32,000 bases of DNA from Candidatus Saccharimonadota bacterium. GTDB lineage: Bacteria > Pseudomonadota > Gammaproteobacteria > Enterobacterales > Enterobacteriaceae. Position numbers and translations under genes: made by a program. Shown here one piece after another: positions 1 to 10,041 of this stretch; position 1 is the first letter of the stretch, and each line of letters begins with the position of its first letter. The notes below the pieces were generated by a model that worked only from the letters and a program-made list of their open reading frames with translations, ran no database searches and had not been told where the DNA came from. The stretch is from positions 150,001 to 182,000 of the forward strand of contig NC_008513.1 in the NCBI RefSeq assembly GCF_000090965.1, given 5' to 3'.

Positions 1-2064
1 ACGAATCATGAATATGGTTTTGATTATTTACGCGATAATATGGTTTTTAATAGCGAAAAAAAAGTTCAAAGAAAGTTATATTTTGCTTTGATTGATGAAG
101 TTGATTCAATTTTAATAGATGAAGCTCGAACACCTCTTGTTATTTCCGGACCGATAGAAAATAGTAATATACTATATGATCGAATTAATTCTTTAGTATC
201 TGATTTAATACCACAAAATAAAAAATATGATAATTCTTTTAATGAAATAGGAGATTTTTGTATTGATTATAAGCAACGTCAAGTAAATTTAACTGAAATG
301 GGTTTAAAAAAAATAGAGAAATTATTGGTTAAGTATAAATTTATATCAAAAGAAGAGTCATTATATTTATCTAAAAATATTTTTTTTATTCATCATATTC
401 TTTTAGCGCTTAAAGCGCATTATTTATTTTTAAAAAATGTAGATTATATTATAAAAGATGATCAAATAATTATTGTTGATGAACATACTGGAAGAATTAT
501 GTCTAGTAGAAGATGGTCTGATGGTTTACATCAAGCTATTGAAGCTAAAGAAAATGTTTTTATACAAAATGATAATCAGACTTTAGCTACTATGACTTTA
601 CAAAATTATTTTCGTTTATATAAAAAATTATCTGGAATGACTGGAACTGCTTCTACAGAAGCATTTGAGTTTAATTCAATTTATAATTTAGATACTGTAA
701 TTATCCCAACAAATAAACCTATGATTCGTAATGATCTTCCAGATTTAGTTTTTGTATCTAAATCTGACAAAATGAATGCTATTATTTCTGATATAAAAAA
801 TTGTGTATTTCGTCAACAACCTGTTTTAGTTGGTACTGTTTCTATTGAAAAATCTGAAAAAATTTCAAGATTATTAAATAAATTAAATATTAAACATAAT
901 GTTTTAAATGCTAAATTTCATTCTCAAGAAGCTGATATTATAGCTAAAGCTGGAGAACCTAATGCTGTAACTATAGCTACTAATATGGCTGGTAGAGGTA
1001 CAGATATTGTATTAGGAGGGATTTTAAAAAAAGAAAATAATGAAAAATTTTTTACTACTAAAAATAGTGTTAAATTATTAAATATATGGAAAAAAAAAAA
1101 TAGATTAGTTATTAAATCGGGTGGTTTACATATTATTGGTACTGAAAGACATGAATCACGTAGAATTGATAATCAATTACGTGGAAGATCAGGAAGACAA
1201 GGTGATCCTGGTTCTTCAAGATTTTATTTATCTTTAGAAGATACATTAATGAAGTTTTTCGCTTCAGAAAATGTTATTAAAATTATAAAAACTCTTGGAT
1301 TAAAATCTAATCAATCAATTGAACATCCATGGTTAAATAGTGCTATTGAAAGAGCTCAAAAAAAAGTAGAGAATTGTAATTTTGATATTAGAAAACAGTT
1401 ATTAGAATATGATAATGTTATTAATGAACAACGTTCAGTAATATACAATGAAAGAAACAAATTAATTAATAAATTAGATATTCATGATCATATTTTATTT
1501 ATTTTAAAAGATCGTATAAATTTTTGTATTAAACAATATATTTCTGGTAATTCAATGAATGTCGATAGTTTTTTTGCTCTAGAAAAAGAACTGAAAAATA
1601 ATTTTTATTTTATAAAATCGATAAATAAATTTTTAGAACATGATACTACATTATACGAAAATGTAGATAAATTAATTGATTTAATTGTTACTACAATACA
1701 ATTTAGTTATAATAAAAATACAGCAATAGTATCAAAAAAATACTCTAATATGATTGAAAAATCTGTTATGTTACAGATATTAGATATTTTTTGGATAGAA
1801 CATTTAAATGCTGTAGATTTTTTAAAACAAAGCATTCATTTACGAGGATATGCGCAACAAGATCCTCAGCAAGAATATAAACGTGAATCTTTTTTTATGT
1901 TTCAATCTATGTTAGAAGCTATAAAAAATAATGTTATTAAGAGTTTAATTAATATTTTTTTTGTAGATTTTAAAAAAAATAAAAATATTTATATAAATTT
2001 TATTGATCAAAAAGATTATGATTCATTTCATTTTTTAATTATGAAATCAATAAATATTACATAA
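1..2064 (+). CDS. secA: Preprotein translocase ATPase SecA, 5'-truncated by the window edge
   Basis: The frame is open from base 1 (TNHEYGFDYLRDNMVF...), so the ORF-track ATG at 40 is internal. SecA hallmarks are present: EYGFDYLRDNM, LIDEARTPLVISGP, GGLHIIGTERHESRRIDNQLRGRSGRQGDPGSSRFYLSLED, HLRGYAQQDPQQEYKRESF. Stop TAA at 2062-2064. Confidence 0.97.
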   Translation, partial: TNHEYGFDYLRDNMVFNSEKKVQRKLYFALIDEVDSILIDEARTPLVISGPIENSNILYDRINSLVSDLIPQNKKYDNSFNEIGDFCIDYKQRQVNLTEMGLKKIEKLLVKYKFISKEESLYLSKNIFFIHHILLALKAHYLFLKNVDYIIKDDQIIIVDEHTGRIMSSRRWSDGLHQAIEAKENVFIQNDNQTLATMTLQNYFRLYKKLSGMTGTASTEAFEFNSIYNLDTVIIPTNKPMIRNDLPDLVFVSKSDKMNAIISDIKNCVFRQQPVLVGTVSIEKSEKISRLLNKLNIKHNVLNAKFHSQEADIIAKAGEPNAVTIATNMAGRGTDIVLGGILKKENNEKFFTTKNSVKLLNIWKKKNRLVIKSGGLHIIGTERHESRRIDNQLRGRSGRQGDPGSSRFYLSLEDTLMKFFASENVIKIIKTLGLKSNQSIEHPWLNSAIERAQKKVENCNFDIRKQLLEYDNVINEQRSVIYNERNKLINKLDIHDHILFILKDRINFCIKQYISGNSMNVDSFFALEKELKNNFYFIKSINKFLEHDTTLYENVDKLIDLIVTTIQFSYNKNTAIVSKKYSNMIEKSVMLQILDIFWIEHLNAVDFLKQSIHLRGYAQQDPQQEYKRESFFMFQSMLEAIKNNVIKSLINIFFVDFKKNKNIYINFIDQKDYDSFHFLIMKSINIT

Positions 2065-2098
2065 TAAATTATTAAATAATTCTTTAATTACTTTTATT

Positions 2099-2167
2099 TT
2101 ACAATAAAAATTGTATATTAAAAATTTTAATATATTTTTTATTTTAATATTACAATTTTTATTGTAA
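2099..2167 (+). terminator. Long imperfect inverted repeat about 35 nt downstream of the secA stop; candidate secA 3' stem-loop or terminator
   Basis: 2101-2114 (acaataaaaattgt) pairs perfectly with 2152-2165. 2115-2123 (atattaaaa) pairs with 2142-2150. There is one bulged T at 2151 and two further flanking pairs at 2099/2100 with 2166/2167. The loop is 18 nt. No clean T-run follows, so this is not a canonical intrinsic terminator. Confidence 0.35.
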
Positions 2168-2549
2168 TAAATATATATTAAAATTTTTTAATAGTATATT
2201 ATTTAATATAATAAAATATTTTTATTTAAATTTTAAATATTTTAATATATCTTTAAAAATCATATAAATTTAATTATTTTATAAATTATTTTATATATAT
2301 GGTATCACAATATTATTATATGTATACAGTATAAAGTATAAAATTTTAATAATTTTAATTGAAAATAAAAAATAATTTTTCTTAAATTTTTTTTTAAGAA
2401 TTTATAAATTTAATATTTTATTAAATTTTTATTTTTATTTTAAATATATAAATCATTTTTAATATTTAATATTTTTAAAGAAATAAGTAATAAACTATTT
2501 AAAATTAATTTATAAAATTTTAAGTTTAATATTTAAAGGATTATGAAAT

Positions 2550-5210
2550 ATGTCAAAAGATATTTTTAAAGATACTGATATTCTTGAAACTAATGAATGG
2601 ATAGAATCAATTAATTCTGTAATTTCTAGATGTGGTAAGAAAAGAGCTTGTTTTTTAATAAATAAATTATTAAATTTAGATGTATTACAAGATTATCATT
2701 TATATAAAAAAAATTTTACTCATTATATTAATACTATTCATGTTAATGATGAATTTAAATATCCTGGTAATATTTATTTAGAAGAAAAAATTTGTTCAGC
2801 TGTTCGTTGGAATGCTATTATGATAGTATTACATGCTTCGAGAAAAAATTTAGATTTAGGTGGACATATTTCTTCTTTTCAATCTTCCGCTATGATTTAT
2901 GAAGTGTGTTTTAATCATTTTTTTCGCGCTTCTAATAATTATGATGGAGGTGATTTAATTTATTTTCAAGGGCATTCAGCTCCAGGTATTTATGCTAGAG
3001 CATTTTTAGAAAATCGTTTAACAGATAAACAAATGTATAATTTTAGACAAGAAACTAATAATTTAGGTTTATCTTCGTATCCTCATCCTAAATTAATGTC
3101 TAATTTTTGGCAATTTCCAACTGTTTCTATGGGTTTAAGTGCAATTTCTGCAATCTATCAAGCAAAATTTTTAAAATATTTAATGAATAGAAATTTGAAA
3201 GATACATCTAAACAAAAAGTTTATGCTTTTTTAGGTGATGGAGAAATGGATGAATCAGAATCAAAAGGAGCTATAACAATAGCAGCAAGGGAAAAATTAG
3301 ATAATTTAATCTTTGTAGTGAATTGTAATTTACAACGTTTAGATGGTCCGGTGTTAGGAAACGGGAAAATTATTAATGAATTAAATGATATTTTTTCTGG
3401 TGCAGGTTGGTATGTTATTAAGGTAATTTGGGGAAGTGAATGGGATTATTTATTAAAAAAAGATTATTCAGGACATTTAAAAAAATTAATGAATGAAACA
3501 TTAGATGGAGATTATCAAACTTTTAGTTCAAAAAATGGTGCTTATATTCGTAAACATTTTTTTGGTAGATATAAAGAAACTAAAAAATTAGTAGAAAATA
3601 TGACAGACAATGATATTGAAAATTTAAAAAAGGGTGGGCATGATTTTAAAAAAATTTATTCAGCTTTTTGTTTAGCACAATCAATAAAAAATAAACCAGT
3701 TATTATATTAATACATACTATTAAGGGATATGGTTTAGGGAAAATTGCTGAAGGAAAAAATATTGCTCATCAAATAAAGAATTTAGATATACAAGATTTA
3801 GAACATTTAAAAAAACATTTAAAAATAGAATTAGATTCTAAATCCACAAAACAATTATCTTTTATAAAATTTTCTTCTAATTCTGAAGAATATAAATATA
3901 TATGTAATCAAAGAAAAAAATTATATGGATATGTTCCTAAAAGATTAGAAAATTTTACTGAAAAATTAGTTATACCAGAATTAAATGATTTTTCTTCTTT
4001 ATTTAAAGAACAAAAAAGACCAATTTCAACAACTGTTATTTTTATTCGAATATTAAATATTTTATTAAAAAATATTCATTTAAAAAATAGAATTGTTCCA
4101 ATTATTGCAGATGAAGCTCGTACTTTCGGTATGGAAGGTTTTTTTCGTCAGATTGGAATTTATAATTATCAAGGACAAAAATATATACCAGCTGATAAAG
4201 ATCAGTTTTTTTATTATAAAGAAGATTATACGGGACAAATTTTACAAGAAGGTATAAATGAATTAGGTGCTTGTTCTTCTTGGTTAGCTGCAGCTACTTC
4301 TTATAGTACTAATAATTTTCCAATGATACCTTTTTATATTTATTATTCCATGTTTGGTTTTCAAAGAATAGGAGATTTTTTATGGTCTTGTGGAGATCAA
4401 AAAGCTAGGGGTTTTTTAATAGGTGCTACTGCAGGTAAAACTACTTTAAATGGAGAAGGATTACAACATGCTGATGGTCATAGTCATATTTTATCATCTA
4501 CTATTCCTAATTGTGTATCGTATGATCCAACATATAGTTATGAACTTGCAGTAATTATACAATCTGGATTAACTAGAATGTATGGAGAAAAACAAGAAGA
4601 TATTTTTTATTATATTACTACATATAATGAAAATTATGTAATGCCTAAAATGTCTGAAGATATGGTTTATGGTATTTGTAAAGGAGCATATAAATTAGAT
4701 ACTTTAAAAGGAAATAATGGTCATATTCAATTTTTAGGGTCAGGTTCTATTTTATGTGTTATAAGAAATGCAGCTGATATCTTATTGTCAGATTATAATA
4801 TTGGTTCTGATATTTATAGTGTTACTTCATTTACAGAAATTGCTCGTGATGGTCAAGATTGTTTTCGTTGGAATATGCGAAATCCTTTGAGTAAAAAAAG
4901 AACACCGTATATTACTAGTATTATGAATAATTCTCCTGCTATTGCAGTTACAGATTATATGAAAATTTTTTCAGAACAAATTCGTGCATATATACCTGCA
5001 AAAGTATTTAATGTTTTAGGAACAGATGGATATGGTAGATCAGATAGTCGTGAAAAATTACGTTGTTTTTTTGAAATTGACGAAACAAATATTATTTGTT
5101 CTGCATTACATGCATTAGTAGTACAAGGTGATATAGATTCTAGTATATTTTTAGATGCATTAAAAAAATTTAATATTTTTTCAAATAAATTGAATCCACG
5201 TTTAGCATAA
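2550..5210 (+). CDS. aceE: Pyruvate dehydrogenase E1 component
   Basis: 886 aa, collinear with E. coli AceE over the full length. Motifs: GGHISSFQSSAMIYEVCFNHFF, YAFLGDGEMDESESKGAI, NCNLQRLDGPV, PIIADEARTFGMEG, LGTDGYGRSDSRE, C-terminal NPRLA. AAGGA lies about 10 nt upstream of the ATG. Confidence 0.97.
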   Translation: MSKDIFKDTDILETNEWIESINSVISRCGKKRACFLINKLLNLDVLQDYHLYKKNFTHYINTIHVNDEFKYPGNIYLEEKICSAVRWNAIMIVLHASRKNLDLGGHISSFQSSAMIYEVCFNHFFRASNNYDGGDLIYFQGHSAPGIYARAFLENRLTDKQMYNFRQETNNLGLSSYPHPKLMSNFWQFPTVSMGLSAISAIYQAKFLKYLMNRNLKDTSKQKVYAFLGDGEMDESESKGAITIAAREKLDNLIFVVNCNLQRLDGPVLGNGKIINELNDIFSGAGWYVIKVIWGSEWDYLLKKDYSGHLKKLMNETLDGDYQTFSSKNGAYIRKHFFGRYKETKKLVENMTDNDIENLKKGGHDFKKIYSAFCLAQSIKNKPVIILIHTIKGYGLGKIAEGKNIAHQIKNLDIQDLEHLKKHLKIELDSKSTKQLSFIKFSSNSEEYKYICNQRKKLYGYVPKRLENFTEKLVIPELNDFSSLFKEQKRPISTTVIFIRILNILLKNIHLKNRIVPIIADEARTFGMEGFFRQIGIYNYQGQKYIPADKDQFFYYKEDYTGQILQEGINELGACSSWLAAATSYSTNNFPMIPFYIYYSMFGFQRIGDFLWSCGDQKARGFLIGATAGKTTLNGEGLQHADGHSHILSSTIPNCVSYDPTYSYELAVIIQSGLTRMYGEKQEDIFYYITTYNENYVMPKMSEDMVYGICKGAYKLDTLKGNNGHIQFLGSGSILCVIRNAADILLSDYNIGSDIYSVTSFTEIARDGQDCFRWNMRNPLSKKRTPYITSIMNNSPAIAVTDYMKIFSEQIRAYIPAKVFNVLGTDGYGRSDSREKLRCFFEIDETNIICSALHALVVQGDIDSSIFLDALKKFNIFSNKLNPRLA

Positions 5211-5221
5211 GAGGTGATATA

Positions 5222-6475
5222 GTGGACGTAGAAGTTCGTGTACCAGATATTGGAATTAAAGATGTTGAAGTAATTGAAATTTTCGTAAAAAAAGGAGATA
5301 TAGTTAGTAAAGAAGATAGTTTAATTTCTGTTGAAGGACATAAATCAGTTCTTGAAATTCCATCTCCTATTTCTGGTATAATAAAAAAAATATGTACACA
5401 AGTAGGAGATAAATTATCTATTGATAAATTAATTTTAATAATTAATAATAATCAAGAGAATAATATTTCTAAAAAAAATAATAAAGATTATATTCAAAAT
5501 AGTATTGATTATTTAAATCATACAAATAATAATAATAAAGACATAAAATATTTAAACGAAAAAAATAATAAAAATATTCATGCATCTCCTTATATTCGTC
5601 GTTTTGCAAGAATTTTAGATATTAATTTGTTATATATAAATGGAAGTGGAAAAAAAGGAAGAATTGTAAAAAAAGATATAGAAAAATATGATTTTTTAAA
5701 TAAAAATATAAATAATAATTTTATAGAAAAGAATAACTGTTTAACAGAATTGAATACAAAGAATATAGATAATAAATCTATAAATCAACCATTAACTAGG
5801 ATTCAAAGAATTTCTGGTAAAAATTTATTAAATAATTGGAATAATATTCCACATGTTACTCAATTCGATGAAGCAGATATAACTGAATTAGAAGATTTTA
5901 GAAAATCATATAATTTAAATCAATTAAATAAAAATAAATCTTTTCAAAAGGTTTCGTTATTATCGTTTTTAGTTAAATCTGTAATACATGCTTTATTAAA
6001 ATATCCTAGATTTAATAGTATTTTAGATAAAAGTAAAAAAAATATAATTATTAAAAAAGATATTAATATTGGTATAGCTGTTGATACTCATGATGGTTTA
6101 TTAGTACCAGTTTTAAAAAGTTTAAAAAATAAAACTATTTATGAAATATCAAATAATATTTTTAATGTAGTTACAAAAACTAAAAATAATCAATTATGCA
6201 CCTCGGAAATGACTGATGGTAGTTTTACTATTTCTAGTTTAGGAGGAATTGGTGGTATTGGATTTACACCAATTATTAATGCTCCAGAAGTTTGTATATT
6301 AGGTATCTCAAAAGCAGATATAAAACCTGTTTGGAATAAAAAAAAATTTTATCCTCGTTTAATTCTTCCTTTTTCTATATCATATGATCATCGTGTAATA
6401 GATGGTGCTGACGGCGTTCGTTTTACTACTTTTTTAAAAGATATATTATCTGATATTAGGATATTGTTAATGTAG
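5222..6475 (+). CDS. aceF: Dihydrolipoamide acetyltransferase (pyruvate dehydrogenase E2), single-lipoyl-domain form
   Basis: GTG start, 7 nt after AAGAGG (5209-5214) and 11 nt after the aceE stop. One lipoyl domain (SVEGHKSVLEIPSP), an E3-binding segment (ASPYIRRFAR...GSGKKGRIVKKD) and a catalytic core with SYDHRVIDGA. Confidence 0.95.
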   Translation: MDVEVRVPDIGIKDVEVIEIFVKKGDIVSKEDSLISVEGHKSVLEIPSPISGIIKKICTQVGDKLSIDKLILIINNNQENNISKKNNKDYIQNSIDYLNHTNNNNKDIKYLNEKNNKNIHASPYIRRFARILDINLLYINGSGKKGRIVKKDIEKYDFLNKNINNNFIEKNNCLTELNTKNIDNKSINQPLTRIQRISGKNLLNNWNNIPHVTQFDEADITELEDFRKSYNLNQLNKNKSFQKVSLLSFLVKSVIHALLKYPRFNSILDKSKKNIIIKKDINIGIAVDTHDGLLVPVLKSLKNKTIYEISNNIFNVVTKTKNNQLCTSEMTDGSFTISSLGGIGGIGFTPIINAPEVCILGISKADIKPVWNKKKFYPRLILPFSISYDHRVIDGADGVRFTTFLKDILSDIRILLM

Positions 6476-6560
6476 TAATAAAGATTTTTATGTTAAATTA
6501 TAAATATTTAATTTTATTAAAAAAAAATAAAATATTTCTATATAAAGAGAAATTTAATTT

Positions 6561-7988
6561 ATGAATAAAAATATTAATGTTAATGTAGTTGTTATTGGCG
6601 GAGGTCCGGCTGGATATTCCGCAGCATTTAGATGTTCTGATTTAGGATTTTCTACTTTAATAATAGAAAAATATGGAATTTTAGGAGGAACTTGTTTAAA
6701 TGTAGGATGTATTCCATCTAAATCTTTTTTATATTTAGCTACTTTAATAAAAGAAATAAAAGAATTTTCTAAATATGGTATTGATTTATGTGCTAATAAT
6801 AAAATTGATATATCAAAAATTATGAAATGGAAAGATAATATTGTTTTAGAGTTAAGTAATGGATTAAAAAATATGGCAGAATATAGAAAAATTGATATAT
6901 TAAAAGGAGTAGCTAAATTTTTTAAAAAAAATCAATTAAAAGTAATTTTAAATAATGGAAAAATATCTTATATAAAATATGATTATGCTATTATTGCTAC
7001 AGGTTCTAAACCTATTACTTTATCAAATTTTTTTAGTAAAGATTCTCGTATTTGGAATTCTACACATGCTTTAAATTCTGATTTTATTCCTAAAAAATTG
7101 TTAATTATAGGTGCAGGTATCATTGGTTTAGAAATGGCAACTATTTATAGTACTTTAGGATCTGAAGTAGATATAATTGATAATTCTGAAAAATTTTTTC
7201 CGTTAATTGATAAAGATGTTAGTGATGTTTTTTTAAAATACATTCAGAAATATTTTTCTATATCATTAAATACATCAATACTTAGTTCTATTTCTGATAA
7301 AGATGGTATTTTAGTAAACACTAAAATAAATCATAATACTTATAATAGTAAAATGTATCATGCAATTTTAATAGCAGTTGGTAGAACTGCGAATACAGAT
7401 TGTTTAGATATTAACATACCTGGTATAAAAGTAGATAAATATGGTTTTATTCAAGTAGATAATCAAATGCGTACTAATATTTCTAATATTTTTGCTATAG
7501 GAGATGTAGTTGGTCAACCTATGTTAGCGCATAAAGGTATGCATGAAGCACATATAGCAGCTGAAGTTATTGCTGGAAAAAAACATTTTTTTGATCCTAA
7601 AGTAATTCCATGTGTAGCTTATTGTGATCCTGAAATTGCTTGGACAGGAATTATGGAAGAAGAAGCTAAAAATAAAGGAATTAACTGTCGTTCAATAATT
7701 TTTCCTTGGAAATTTTTAGGAAAAGCAATAAGTTCTAATTGTTCTATTCCTGGTCTAACAAAATTAATTGTTGATACAAATAGTAATAGAATTATTGGAG
7801 GGGTTATTATTGGTAAACATGCAGGAGAATTATTATCACAAATTAACTTATCTATTGAAATGGGATGTGATATAGAAGATATAGCTTTAACAATCCATCC
7901 TCATCCTTCTTTATCTGAATCAATTAATATATCAGCACAATTATTTAATGGAACTGCTACTGATATGATTAATAAAAATATTATATAA
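6561..7988 (+). CDS. lpdA: Dihydrolipoamide dehydrogenase (E3)
   Basis: 475 aa. FAD fold GGGPAGYSAA, redox-active disulfide GGTCLNVGCIPSK, C-terminal HPHPSLSE interface motif. Confidence 0.97.
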   Translation: MNKNINVNVVVIGGGPAGYSAAFRCSDLGFSTLIIEKYGILGGTCLNVGCIPSKSFLYLATLIKEIKEFSKYGIDLCANNKIDISKIMKWKDNIVLELSNGLKNMAEYRKIDILKGVAKFFKKNQLKVILNNGKISYIKYDYAIIATGSKPITLSNFFSKDSRIWNSTHALNSDFIPKKLLIIGAGIIGLEMATIYSTLGSEVDIIDNSEKFFPLIDKDVSDVFLKYIQKYFSISLNTSILSSISDKDGILVNTKINHNTYNSKMYHAILIAVGRTANTDCLDINIPGIKVDKYGFIQVDNQMRTNISNIFAIGDVVGQPMLAHKGMHEAHIAAEVIAGKKHFFDPKVIPCVAYCDPEIAWTGIMEEEAKNKGINCRSIIFPWKFLGKAISSNCSIPGLTKLIVDTNSNRIIGGVIIGKHAGELLSQINLSIEMGCDIEDIALTIHPHPSLSESINISAQLFNGTATDMINKNII

Positions 7989-8184
7989 ATTAAAAATTTT
8001 TAAGATATTAATTTTATTAATATATTTCTAAGATTTTTTTTTAATAAAATTAAAATTTATTAATATATTTATATTTAGATATTTATAAGATTTTATTAAA
8101 TATTTTTATTATAAAATTGTTTATTGAATTTTTTAAAAAATATTTTTAAAGATATATATATTTTATATTTGTATATAGTATTTA

Positions 8185-8207
8185 AGAGCAGGTCATTTTC
8201 CTGCTCT
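8185..8207. other. Isolated GC-rich stem-loop (8-bp stem, 7-nt loop) between the convergent genes lpdA and erpA
   Basis: agagcagg (8185-8192) / tcatttt / cctgctct (8200-8207). Six of the eight pairs are G:C, and the surrounding spacer is almost purely A/T. No U-run follows on either strand. Confidence 0.5.
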
Positions 8208-8291
8208 AAAACGAATTTAGTATATAATATATTTTGTATATCATATAAATTTTATCTATATAAATTATAGAATTTAGATTAATTCTTTAAA

Positions 8292-8627
8292 TTATATACT
8301 AAATGATAATCCGCACCCGCAAGTTCTTTTAGCATTTGGATTACTAATAACAAATTTAGATCCTTCTAAATTTTCAATATAATCTATTTTTCCTCCTAAT
8401 AAGTATTGTATACTAATAGGATCAATAATAATTTCTATTCCTGATTGTATAATAGATATATCATTTTTTTTTGTTATTTTTTCTAATTCAAAACCATATT
8501 GAAAACCACTACATCCTCCACCAGTAATAAATATTCTTAATTTCAATTTAAAATTTTTTTTTTTTAATAATAATTTTTTGATTTTTTTTATTGCATTAAT
8601 AGTAATTTTTATTTGATGTTTTAACAT
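8292..8627 (-). CDS. erpA: A-type iron-sulfur cluster carrier/insertion protein ErpA (YadR)
   Basis: 111 aa. [16 protein letters not shown] and C-terminal [17 protein letters not shown] are near-identical to the E. coli ErpA motifs. Confidence 0.93.
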   Translation of the reverse strand: MLKHQIKITINAIKKIKKLLLKKKNFKLKLRIFITGGGCSGFQYGFELEKITKKNDISIIQSGIEIIIDPISIQYLLGGKIDYIENLEGSKFVISNPNAKRTCGCGLSFSI

Positions 8628-8815
8628 GTTTATATAAACTCTATTTTTATTAATTTTTATTTAATATTATTTTGAAAGAAAAAGATGATTTATATTATTA
8701 AATGGTTTGTATAAAAATTTTATATAAAAACAGATGATTTTTGTATATTTATGTATATTAAATTAATAATTTAATATTTTTAAAATTTATGTCTTTTGTT
8801 TGAAAAGGTTTTTAG

Positions 8816-9976
8816 TTATTTATCTATTTTTTTTCTTAAAAATGCTGGAATATCTAAAAAATTTTTTTTTTCTTTTTTTATTGAATTAATATTATTATTT
8901 ATATTTTTTTTTATAGTATTTGAATTATCTAGTATTCCATTTCTTCTTAAATTATTATTTCGATAATCTACAAATGCTTCTTTAGAAGATTTATTACGTA
9001 TAAAGGAAATTTCAGATCTTTTTTCCATTCCAATTCCTGTAGCTACTACTGTCACTCGTAATGAGTGATCCATTTGAGGGTCTAATGATGTTCCAATTAC
9101 AACTGTAGCATTATCAGAGGAAAACGCTCTAATTGTATTACCTACTGTTTCAAATTCATCAAGTCGTAAATCAAAACCTGCGGTAATATTTACTAATACT
9201 CCTCTTGCTCCCGATAGATCTATATCTTCTAGTAACGGACTTGATATTGCTATTTCTGAAGCTTCTTCTGCTCTATTTTCTCCGGAGGCTGATCCTGTTC
9301 CCATCATTGCATATCCCATTTCTGACATAACTGTTCGAACATCTGCAAAATCCACATTCATTAGTCCAGGTCGCGTTATTAGTTCTGCAATTCCTTGAAC
9401 AGCTCCTTTTAAAACATCATTTGCTGCCCCAAAAGCATCTAATAATGATATTCCACGTGTTAATACTTTTAATAATTTATCATTAGGTATAGTTATTAAT
9501 GAGTCAACATATTTCGATAATTCATTTAATCCTTGTTCAGCAAAGTTCATTCTTTTTTTTCCCTCAAAAGTAAAAGGTTTTGTAACTACAGCAACAGTTA
9601 ATATACCTAATTCTTTTGCAACTTCTGCTACTACTGGAGCAGCTCCTGTTCCTGTACCACCTCCCATTCCTGCAGCTATAAACACCATATCAGCTCCTTC
9701 TAATGCTGATTTTAATGTTTCTTTATCTTCTTCTGCAGAATTTTTACCTACATCAGGATTTGCTCCAGCTCCTAAACCTTTTGTAATATTATTTCCAATT
9801 TGGATTGTTTGTCCAACAGCTATTTTTCTTAATGCCTGTGCATCTGTATTAATTGCAAAAAATTCGACACCTTCAATTTTTTCACGGACCATATGTTCTA
9901 CTGCATTACTTCCACCGCCACCAACACCAATTACTTTAATAACCGCATCATTACTTAATTCTGAAGGTTCAAACAT
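8816..9976 (-). CDS. ftsZ: Cell division GTPase FtsZ
   Basis: 386 aa. [10 protein letters not shown], tubulin signature [17 protein letters not shown]-rich linker, and the conserved C-terminal peptide DIPAFLRKK. Confidence 0.98.
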   Translation of the reverse strand: MFEPSELSNDAVIKVIGVGGGGSNAVEHMVREKIEGVEFFAINTDAQALRKIAVGQTIQIGNNITKGLGAGANPDVGKNSAEEDKETLKSALEGADMVFIAAGMGGGTGTGAAPVVAEVAKELGILTVAVVTKPFTFEGKKRMNFAEQGLNELSKYVDSLITIPNDKLLKVLTRGISLLDAFGAANDVLKGAVQGIAELITRPGLMNVDFADVRTVMSEMGYAMMGTGSASGENRAEEASEIAISSPLLEDIDLSGARGVLVNITAGFDLRLDEFETVGNTIRAFSSDNATVVIGTSLDPQMDHSLRVTVVATGIGMEKRSEISFIRNKSSKEAFVDYRNNNLRRNGILDNSNTIKKNINNNINSIKKEKKNFLDIPAFLRKKIDK

Positions 9977-10041
9977 ACAATAAACTCCGTAAAATTGGAA
10001 TAGTTCAAATTGTTATATTAATTTTTTATTATATTTTATAT

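Noticed and set aside
8013-8070. 15-nt perfect direct repeat tttattaatatattt (8013-8027 and 8056-8070) and three taagat copies downstream of lpdA
   Set aside because: The repeat is A/T-only. A rough estimate of pairwise matches in a 300-nt two-letter spacer gives an expectation of about one such repeat. The evidence for a real repeat unit is weak.
8755-8777. Perfect 23-nt palindrome atattaaatta-a-taatttaatat between ftsZ and erpA. A similar 16-nt palindrome lies at 20479-20494, and there are AT-only hairpins after tsf (18964-18988) and frr.
   Set aside because: They are built only or almost only from A and T. In an effectively two-letter spacer alphabet, palindromes of this length are expected by chance several times per few kilobases. 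I cannot separate them from background without a statistical scan.
8816-9976. A visibly GC-richer island coinciding with ftsZ, which could be read as horizontally acquired DNA
   Set aside because: The enrichment tracks Gly/Ala/Val-rich, highly conserved FtsZ motifs. It falls back to background in the N/K-rich linker. The gene is in its ancestral position next to ftsA. This is amino-acid constraint, not foreign origin.
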